Shown here: positions 31,264 through 42,500 of the stretch, piece after piece | How the letters are laid out: every line of letters begins with the position of its first letter | How positions within the stretch are numbered: the stretch's first letter is position 1 | Assembly (NCBI GenBank): GCA_051362555.1 | Contig: CM120642.1 | Location: forward strand, 26,164,001-26,228,000 | DNA from: Lingula anatina | Lineage: Eukaryota; Animalia; Brachiopoda | DNA: 64,000 nt | Reading direction: 5' to 3' | Position numbers and translations under genes: made by a program | Notes under the pieces: model-generated | What the model saw: the letters and a program-made list of their open reading frames with translations, nothing else | The model's database searches: none | Told to the model about the DNA's origin: nothing

Positions 31264-34013
31264 GGGTAATATAAAAAAATAGAAATACTCCCCAGCGGGA
31301 CCAAATTATGATATTTAGCTGAGTTAAACCATAAGCGTATTGATTTAGAAAAGTACTTAGACAAACGTAGTTACAGATTCGGGTTTTACTTTAGGTTTTT
31401 TTATGACAGTTTCGGATTTATTGTTCCAGGCGACGTATTTCGGAGGTGAACTACGCTGAAGCTGTGGAGATGTCATTTCAAGATGGACCCGAGCCTCTTA
31501 GAAAGTTTTCCAAGGCATCAAAGTAGGCTGCTCCATTAATCAATTATCATACTTAAATATGAATTCAATTGAATTTATGCATTTGGTTTGGTTGCTAATC
31601 AATATGTCCGTTTGATTTTGTATTCTTGTATTAATTCACCATTTCTTTCACTTAAAAATTCAAAATTGAGACTAATGTCTCTAAGCTTATTGCTCTATCT
31701 TTCTTTTTCTTAACGCTTGAGTTCCAATTTACAAATCGTTCCAGAGTACTGGTGAACATATTACTTATTATCGCTCAGATGGGGATTTGTTGTGTATATC
31801 TTGTGTTTATACCCGACCATATAAAACAGGTGAGAACAATAATGCTTGCCAATATATATATATTAGTTTTTTTTTTCCTTCTTTTTTTTACGTTTTAACC
31901 AGTGATTATCTGCCTTTGGTTGATTTTCTTTGTCAAGTATTTAAGCGCAATGATAATTGTTTTTATAGTGATATCTTTTTTTTAACCTCGTACATCATTA
32001 AAAAGTAGAGATATAAAGGCTGGTTTGGCGCAGATTTACACATTCATCTTTGAAGCAGTCATTTATTGCAATTTACTTTTATAATGTTGCAAATTTGATA
32101 AATGTTATAAATATTTCTTCACAGATTGTAGATATGCATGTGGAAAACGACATATCACTGAAGTGGTATCAAGTAATAGTGGCGGGAATTTTGAGCATCT
32201 ATGTCTTCGTTAAGCACCTCAAAACGCTGGCTTACTTCTCAGTGGTTGGCAATATATTGACAGTGATTAGCGTGGGGATAATTCTGCAATATACGTTCCG
32301 CAACTTAAAGCCCGTGAGTTCGTTACCCCTGTCGGCAGAGGCTTCCAAATTCCCGATCCTCTTTGGGATGTCATTATACGCATATGAAGGAATAAACGTG
32401 GTAAGTTTGCACATTCACTTCACTTTTACACTTTATTTGTGCAGTACTACATGATTTCCTGATATCGCTGTTACGTACACTGTGTTATTCAAATAAAAGG
32501 TCTTAACATTTTAAGGACCACGTTTCTATTCAATACAGTTCCGTGAATAGATTAAAATTTTGTGATGCTTCAGTAGGGGAAGGAGAGGCGTTCTCAAATT
32601 TTGTCCTCCAAACAAGCTCAAATAACTTGATTTTATTAACAGTTTTTTTGTGACCTCACTCCTGTTTTTTAAAAGTATTTAGTCACTTTTTAAAACAATT
32701 TAAACCCAAAATCACATTATCATATCATTTTGACTTAATTCTTCTCAATGAAGGTTTTACCTATCAGAAACAAGATGAAAACCAAAAAGGATCTTCTTCC
32801 ATGGAATGGAGTCATGAATCTCTACATGACCATAACTGTTTGTGTGTATACAGCCATGGGGTTCTACGGCTACCTGTGTTTTGGAGATAACGTCAAAGGA
32901 AGCATTATACTAAATTTGCCAACTAATGATTGGTAAGATTTTTTTTCTATTTTTATGTTGTTCTTTTATCCGTGCGACTTTGTACTTTATTGGTGGATGG
33001 AAAGCTCGCTTTGTGTTGTTGATGATATTCTTTGAGTTTATTAAATTCATGTTTATTAATTCAATGAGTTTATTAAATCCATGTGTAAAATGTTTAATTT
33101 GTGTATCAAACATACTTTGCTGAAGTCATTTACAACGATTAGATAGTAGAAACGAAATTATTTGTCTCCGTGCCTTGTAACTTTTAAAATCAATTTTGTA
33201 TTTTTCTTTTCAGGCTTTATCTATCAGTAAAACTGATGTATTGTTTGGTGGTTTTTGTTACCTATGGACTACAGTTCTACGTCCCTGTAAACGTATTGTT
33301 GTCTTATATGCAGAATCGCATACAGGATAACCCGTTTTGTATGAAGCACGGCGAAACCTTCTTGAGACTTGTGTTGCACTTAGTTAATCGTAAGTACAAA
33401 TTTTCTTATAAACAAATCGGCATTTATGCATATACATTTATGTTAGCAGCTAAGTGCTGCCTTTTCTTCACAAATAACGCTATATACATTGGTCGGACAG
33501 GTATGTCCCTGTATGTGAGGGACACCTTAAGTAAAATGATGACATTTGCTATGTATTTCTTTAAAAATAAAAACAGGTACTAAATCAAGTTTTAATTTTT
33601 TCAAGCCGAAAAAGAAATATAATCGATTTTTGTTGGACACTCCTAAAACAACTGGTATGTATATTTGAAAACATTGCAGTGATCATTTTATTGATAAGAA
33701 ATTTAAAGATGTTTTGATTCTAAAAGAAGTATTTTCTATTCCAGTTGCCTTTGCGATGCTGATTCCACACCTAGGCCTCATCATTTCATTATTCGGTGCC
33801 CTGAGCAGCAGTGCCTTGTCTTTGGTATTACCGCCAATCATGCACTCTCTTACGTTATGGCCCGACAGACTAGGGACGTGTAAATGGCAATTAATTAAGA
33901 ACATTTTCATAGCTATTCTCGGGTTTTCTGGCTGTATAACAGGGACGTATGTTGCCCTAACAAATATTATTCATTGTAGCCTTAATCCGAACGCTAAAAT
34001 GTGTTCCGCGTAG
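29954..34013 (+). CDS. SLC36/PAT-family amino acid transporter, tandem copy D (divergent, sister of C)
   Basis: Exons ~29954-30093, 30577-30667, 30894-30982, 31430-31522, 31745-31829, 32125-32400, 32754-32932, 33214-33389, 33745-34013. Motifs NFLRSNIGPGLLGMP, LYAYEGINVVLPIRNKM, TYGLQFYVP. Confidence 0.88.
30240..30313. repeat. (ATATT)n pentanucleotide microsatellite
   Basis: About 14 perfect units in intron 1 of SLC36 copy D. Confidence 0.95.
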
Positions 34014-34720
34014 AAACCAGGCCACTGGACTAGGACTTTATAACGTAGAATCCCCGTTTTTAGTTTATTAAATTAAATGAACATTTCCACTAAGAAAACA
34101 CCCTCGGCTTAAATGACATTGAAATATCTATACATTCATTGCCCGTTTTGTCCTTTTTATTTATTAATAAATCCATCTTTTCTGCCCCTCCCCAAATTTT
34201 TACTCGGTGCACGACACGCAAAGTGAAAGGCCAAACCTGCCTTTATACAGTAAAATGTGGAGGTAAAATATCCATTTTATAATTTATAGAAATAAAAGGT
34301 TTATATTTTTACAAAACTTTATTGTTCACCTTTAAAAGTGACTGTTATCAAGAATACTATCTTTACATAAGGCATGATTTACACGAGACATTATAACATA
34401 TATAAAACTTCTGTGAAGCATTACCCTAGACTTTTTTCTTTATATACAGTGAAAGTGCAACATACAAGACGTAAGTGTTTCTTTTACACCTCTCCCCTGC
34501 CATCATACCATGATATTATCAAGCTTTTTCATTTTAATGTGAAGAAAAAGAAAATCCTGTGGATCTACGCCCAATCAAGCCAGTTTTTAAAATAAAACAT
34601 TGCTCTTCCTTCTTGAAAACTGGTTGAAATAAAGATTATTTTTTCATGGCATCATTTCCTATGAGTTTGCAATAAGGGCAATATAAATTGTCAGTAATTA
34701 GGGCCAGTATTTAATCCGGA

Positions 34721-37700
34721 TCAAGATGTCATCTCCATCATGTAACATCTTGTGAGTTCTCTCAGTTCTTGGAGTGCATAATCTTCAGGCATTGGAAGTT
34801 TACCAATATGAGGAGCAAGCAAACTGGAAAACAAGAAATATACCTTAACCATATATAACATGAAAGAGTAAGTCTGAATTGACCAGAGGGCATGTACTTG
34901 CATGTCCATTAATTTGCACAATTATGAAGCTGTCGCCACCATCAGTTCATCAGTCACAACACATCTAATGGATATCAAATTGTAGTCTGAAGCAGGCAAA
35001 AAAGTATCACAATGTCAAAATTTTCTATTAAATACAACATATCTCCATCAACTCAAGGCTGCTTTTTACCTCACTGTTGGTCTTCCCTGGTCATCTATTG
35101 TTCTGTTCTTCAGTGCTAGGAGTGTTCTTAACAAGTTAGCAGTTTTCTTGGCCATCTCCGACTGGCACAGCCTGCAATGTATACACATAGATGTAATATT
35201 TTAATGAAACAAGGATATAAAATCTTCTTTAATTTCAGCTGATCTCATCAACGATTAAGAAACAATATATAATAAGACTATTATTACATTATTTCTCAGT
35301 GCTCAAATTAGATATCAATTTACTGTAAAGAACGAGTGGCATTGTTTGCTTTGCATAAGACCAAAGAACAGTATTTCAAATGTTCAAAGCGCAAATATAA
35401 TATTCTCACAAGAAATATATTTCTATTACGTGTTTTATGTTAAAAACTTCAAACAAACTCTTCACAGTACTTTGTGCAACATAGTTCATAAAGTACTTTT
35501 GCATTCACGAGAAATGGAAGTGGCAAAAGCTTATAATTTAAAAAAATCTACCTGTCTTTGGCTGTAAAACACTGCAAGTTGCCAACACGATTGCACAGTG
35601 AGATCACCTCTGGCTGTAGCTTCTCCAGTTCATACACACTGGGCTCTCCCTAGTGAAGTAAGACAGAAATTTTAATGGCAGTAAGATACTCGACCTCTGT
35701 GATCAACCTGAAAACCTGAAAACCTGAAAACCCTGATCAATGAATTGTAACACCCCATTTCCACAGATTTTTAGATCGATCTATCCCTGTGGGGAGTCTC
35801 ACTAGATTACTGTCAGCTTGGCCGGCTTAAGCGTCTGTCCCGCCTACTAAAAACTGTAAGGGGGTAATTAACTATGGTGCCCGCTCAGCTGACTGCAATT
35901 TAGCTTGAACCCCCAGGGAGTTAGGTCGATCTAAAACTTAATCTTTAGATCGATCTAAATCTCTGGGAAATCACCCTAAGATAACATTTCAGAGACAAAA
36001 ATAGTTTCCAGGATTTTCCCCCTTTCCTACATCTTACTGTAACAATAAAATTTAGGTTTCTAATCAACTGAGAATGGTTATTTCTTATGTTGCATCCAAT
36101 ACAATGCCTCAATCAAAGTTTTCCTATACACTCATAATTAAAACCAAGACTAAATAATGGCACTTGAAACCATTAACAAAATATTGACAAAACGAGTTGA
36201 TAGGGGAAATAAATTTACTTGTTTCATAGCCTGTAGGGTCTCCAGGATGTTGATGTAGTCTAGGAACACTCTGCCTCCCACTGCCCACTCATAGATGGCA
36301 GAACTGTGCTCTGGTAACGATAACTCTTCAAGGAACTGTCGCAGGTAGTCGTAGTCTTCTGCAAAAAGAGAACAGAATGTATATGTATAAAATATTGTGA
36401 TAGACACATCAAATATCTGTCAGTCTAATTTCTTATTTATTTATTTATTTATTTTTTTAAAGTAATGGAATGTCTTTTTAACTTCCCAGTACGAATAATT
36501 GGTTCTGTTATAATCCACATTGTACACATTATTGCAACATTCAATTACTAGAGCTTGCAGCAAACAACGACACCATAATTAGTCAAATCTCTTTTTTTTG
36601 CCCATTTGATAGTTTACAAAACCTTCAAAATTAAGTAGTTTCAAATAAATTATCATAATTTATAGATCAATTTCATTATTATTATTATTATTAATCCTCA
36701 TTTTTTTTTTTTTTTTTGGGGGGGGGAAGGGGAGGATGAAGTTTACATCTCTTATAATCACCAATTTCTAAAACTTAAAAGAGATCTCACCATTAATAAT
36801 AGCATCAGCTGCCAGGTGTCTGAGGATGATCACATGACTCTTGTTCCAGTGCCCAGCTTTCTGGAGGTGCCATGCTTCATCGTGTGGCCTTCTCAGTGCT
36901 TTGGCCTTTAATGCCTGGAGGTAAAGAAACAATGGCAAATATAATCAAAATTTGTTGACTTAAAGGTGCCTGGACCTGATGGATGTGTTCAATCCTAAAC
37001 TGATATCATCTCTGCCAGGAAAGATACAACCCAAGCTGCTATATACATGCCTACAGATTAGCCATGATTACTGGCTCTACCATAAGCAGATCAGGAGGTT
37101 ACAGAACTCGTATTATCAAAAATATTTGAGAATCTTTCTGAAATCAGGCATGAAACTGCCATTTACTGAAAAAGTAGGAAAATATGGCATGAGGTCTAGT
37201 GCTGCCTAGGCCAATGATATTTCTGGCTCACAAAAAGTTGGAAAACTGCTGGAATACCGAAAAATCTCATCTCTGCAAAATGCTCACTTTTTGAAGATTT
37301 ACATATTTACCATGAGGGATATATGCACAGTTCAAACCAAGTATATCATTTGTCTAGAAGTTATGAAACTAGTGCCATATCTCATAGCTTCCCATCAGAT
37401 TAGATCAGTTATTGCTTTAGCATCACATTGTAGTCAAGCAAAGAATTAATCATCACATGGGACAAATAAAGTTCATCACAAACTGAGAAGATGACATAAC
37501 TTTGTCTATAGAATAAGTAATAATTCTGTCACCATTATATTTTAGAGCAAATATGTTACCTTGAAAAGCTCGAATCAAAATTTAGCAAATCCTCATGCTC
37601 TTTTAAAACAAAGAGACAAAAACTGAATATTCAAGGCCATAAAACTTTCATTTTTTTTGGTCTTGATAGGCATGAGATGCTGTTACTGACTGATGCAAAA

Positions 37701-39537
37701 CACCATACCTTAGCTTCGTGGATCCACTTTGAAGGAATGTATAACTGTTCTTTTAAAAATGTTTCTCTCTCAGTGCTCTCCTCATTCAGCTCCAGCGACA
37801 CATGCCTCAGAAGTGTTTCCCTCACTGCATTCTCTCTCCTAGTGAAAAAGTGATACATAGAAAACAATTAAAAAATATATGTCAAACTTTTAGGAATAAC
37901 CAGCCTTTATATGCTTTTTTATAATACAAAATATCACACCCTTCTTTCATAAAAGTGTTTACATTTTTTAATAGGAATGCTACAGAGGAAATTTCCCCAT
38001 CAGATTAGATCAGTTATTGCTTTAGCATCACGCTGTAGTCAAGCAAAAATGTCATCATCACGTGGGATAATTATGGAACTGAATCTTTATATCATCCTCT
38101 TAGGCTCAGGATAACTATAAAAGAAATTTTTGAAGAGGAATTTTGTTAGCCATTTTAATTATTTCATCAAATCAAAAGAAAACCTTTGGACATCAGATAC
38201 ATGACCAATGATGAGATGGAGACAGGTCCCTTACCTCTTGTGGTCTTCAATATGTAGTAAAACAAACACTGCCCAGTGCCAGAGTCCTACAGACTCCAGG
38301 TGTGCAGCAAAGTTACAGTGGAGGGTGGCCTCATGCTGCTCTGACAGGTGTGTGTATTCCAGGGCTTTTAACACCTCACAAAGGTGCCAGCTGAAAATAA
38401 TTTAATTAATTAATTAATTAATTAATTAATTAATTAATTAATTAATAACAAACAGCTTTTAAGTATTAAAAGTGGTGTTTAAAGCTTGGTGTGTACAAGA
38501 GCATGTGGCTTGCAGACATGTTCATTCATAGCTCTTGCTCCAAGGAAGTCCCCTGAGGGCAGCATGCCTCATCCTTCCTGTTTTTCTCATGACAGTTTTT
38601 TTCCAACAGTTTAATTTTGTAATTATGTATAATACAATTTCATCTGAATTTTCAGTACAAAAACTTAATAATCAGAGGAGATTTCACAGTAGATTGATAC
38701 TCTGTCAAACAGCCTTGGTATCAAATGTGCAAATCCATATTTTGTCCAGTAAGAGGTAAACGCACAATCACATCAGACAACTTGCCTCAATCTATAATCC
38801 AGTTGGTTCTGAGTAGAAGTTGTGGGAGCTAATATCCTCTCTAACCTATGAAACTTGTGACTATATAACCTCAATAAGTGATAACAAGTGTCTCGAACTA
38901 TAAATCTCCTGTCTTCTTCCACTACTTCTTCGAGATATAAGGGGTCATCCTCTAGATAGGGGGGTAGAGGTGGGGGAGCATACTGCCCAAAACTTGTCTT
39001 CCCCTTGAATGCCCTGTCATACTCTTGTAGAGCATCTGCTATTGTTGCATTGGGCGTGCATAGATACCTAAAAAATAACGAATTCAAATAGAAAGATAAG
39101 ACAAGGCAGCAAAGCTGTCAAATGTACAGACAAAAAAACAGAAAATAAAGATGCAAATAAGTGAAAAATTATATTTTCACAAAAAACTGTTAAATTGCCA
39201 GAAAAATTTACCAAACAGACTGCGTTGCCTATTGAAGCTGTATGTTAGACCCATGTTTCTTTCCTGTAAGTTTGAGAACAGTAAGTGACATGATTTCCCT
39301 TAAATGGTCATCATAGGAGCAGTGCACAAAATAGGGGTTTCTTCAAATTTTGATGCAACATTACATAATGTTTAACAGCATAATGACAATCAAATGTTAT
39401 TAATAAAATATTAGTAACATGGACATTCAGAAAATGTGACAAGCAAAAAGTCTTCAGGATCATGGAACTTTAAAGTCACACCTTGAAAATGCCAATATGT
39501 GAAAAATTAAATTTTCACAAAAAACTGTTTAACTGCC

Positions 39538-39569
<32 letters not shown>

Positions 39570-42500
39570 CAAACAGACTGCATTGCCTACTGAAGCTGTA
39601 TTTTAGTCCCATGTTTCTTTCCTGTAAGTTTGAGAACAGTAAGTGACATGATTTTCCTTAAATGGTCATCATGGAAGCAGTGCCCAAAATAGGGGTTTCT
39701 TCAAATTTTGATGCAATATTACATAATGTTTAACAGCTTAATGACCATCAATTTTTAATTATAAAATATTTGTATCACAGATATTCAGAAAATGTGACTA
39801 GCAAAGGCCTTCAGGCCCATGGAACTTCAAAGTCACACCTTGAAAATGCCAAAATGTAAACAAGACAGCACTGTTCTGAAATGGGTTTATTTCCATTTTT
39901 AACACTTTTTTAACATAAAAAAAATAAACATTTTACTGCCATTTTTATATGACCAACTAAGAAAATTGATGAGATGGGAAAAGTATCAATAGAACAGTGT
40001 TAAATGTCCAATTTCCTCCATTCTGAGATTCTGAACATAGTGGATGATTGAATCTGACAAACTGCAATGATATGAGTTTATTTCCATTTTTGACACTTTA
40101 TTACACAATACATGATAACAAGTTTACCATGTTTTTTACATAATCAACTAACAATGTTGTAAAGATGCAGGAATTATCAAACAAACACTTTTAGGCATCT
40201 TATTAGTTAAATAATGAGACTGTTAACATGCCTAATAATTGAATCTGAGGAAATGTGAAAAAACAGTATAACTTCTTAAGTAATGGCCCGATTATGCTTA
40301 TTTTCGAACTCAACCTGTGTTTTAGTAAGATTGACCACTCCTGTGAGTATAATTACAATTGGCCAATCCGTTTTCCTTATATTGTGTTATCAGTGTTGCA
40401 TTTATATTGAAAATAGTGAAAAAACAGCATAAATTCCCTAAAAATGGCCACATCATGCTGATTTTCGAACTTGACCTGCGTATTATGAATATTAATCAGT
40501 TCTGTAAGTTTCAAGTCAAAAGGTAAAATGGTTTTCCACTTATCGTGTTATCGGTGCTGCATATATGCTGAAAAAAGTGAAACAAGGCAGCAAAGCTGTC
40601 AAATGTACAGACAAAGAACAGAAAATAAAGATGCAAATAAGTGAAAAATTAAATTTTCACAAAAAACTGTTAAATTGCCAGAAAAATTTACCAAACAGAC
40701 TGCGTTGCCTATTGAAGCTGTATTTTAGTCCCATGTTTCTTTCCTGTAAGTTTGAGAACAGTAAGTGACATGATTTCCCTTAAATGGTCATCATAGGAGC
40801 AGTGCCCAAAATAGGGGTTTCTTCAAATTTTGATGCAACATTACATAATGTTTAACAGCATAATGACAATCAAATGTTATTAATAAAATATTAGTAACAT
40901 GGACATTCAGAAAATGTGACAAGCAAAAGTCTTCAAGATCATGGAACTTTAAAGTCACACCTTGAAAATGCCAATATGTGAAAAATTAAATTTAAACAAA
41001 AAACTGTTTAACTGCCAAAATAAATAAATAAATAAATAAAAATACCAAACAGACTGCATTGCCTACTGAAGCTGTATTTTAGTCCCATGTTTCTTTCCTG
41101 TAAGTTTGAGAACAGTAAGTGACATGATTTTCCTTAAATGGTCATCATGGAAGCAGTGCCCAAAATAGGGGTTTCTTCAAATTTTGATGCAATATTACAT
41201 AATGTTTAACAGCTTAATGACCATCAATTTTTAATTATAAAATATTTGTTTCACAGATATTCAGAAAATGTGACTAGCAAAGGTCTTCAGGCCCATGGAA
41301 CTTCAAAGTCACGCCTTGAAAATGCCAAAATGTAAACAAGACAGCACTGTTCTGAAATGGGTTTATTTCCATTTTTAACACTTTTTTAACATAAAACAAA
41401 ATAAACATTTTACTGCCATTTTATATGACCAACTAAGAAAATTGATGAGATGGGAAAAGTATCAATAGAACAGTGTTAAATGTCCAATTTCCTCCATTCT
41501 GAGATTCTGAACATAGTGGATGATTGAATCTGATAAACTGCAATGATATGAGTTTATTTCCATTTTTGACACTTTATTACACAATACATGATAACAAGTT
41601 TACCATGTTTTTTACATAATCAACTAACAATGTTGTAAAGATGCAGGAAATATCAAACAAACACTTTTAGGCATCTTATTAGTTAAATAATGAGACTGTT
41701 AACATGCCTAATAATTGAATCTGAGGAAATGTGAAAAACAGTATAACTTCTAAAATAATGGCCTGATTATGCTGATTTTCGAACTCAACCTGCATTTTAG
41801 TAAGATTGACCACTCCTGTGAGTATGATTACAATTGGCCAATCCGTTTTTCTTATATTGTGTTATCAGTGTTGTATTTATATTGAAAATAGTGAAAAAAC
41901 AGCATAAATTCCCTAAAAATGGCCCAATCATGCTGATTTTCGAACTTGACCTGCGTATTATGAATATTCATCAGTTCTGTAAGTTTCAAGTCAAAAGGTA
42001 AAATGGGTTTCCACTTATCGTGTTATCGGTGCTGCATATATGCTGAAAAAAGTGAAAAAACAGCATAAATTCCCTAAAAGTGACCCGATCATGCTGATTT
42101 TCGAACTTGACCTGCGTATTATGAATATTCATCAGTTCTGTAAGTTTCAAGGCAAAAGGTAAAATGGTTTTCCACTTATCGTGTTATCGGTGCTGCATAT
42201 ATGCTGAAAAAAGTGAAAAAACAGCATAAATTCCCTAAAAGTGACCCGATCATGCTGATTTTCGAACTTGACCTGCGTATTATGAATATTCATCAGTTCT
42301 GCAAGTTTCAAGTCAAAAGGTAAAATGGTTTTCCACTTATCGTGTTATCGGTAAAAGTGCACGACGGCGACGACGGCGCCGACGGCGACGACGGCGACGA
42401 CAGACGCAGATGATGGCAATATGTACAGACACATCTGTGTCTGTACATAAAAACAGCATAAATACCCTAAAAGTGACCTGATCATGCTGATTTTCGAACT

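Noticed and set aside
40565-40768. Lys-rich 67-aa ORF
   Set aside because: It falls in the AT-rich repeat unit, has no splice context and no recognisable motif.
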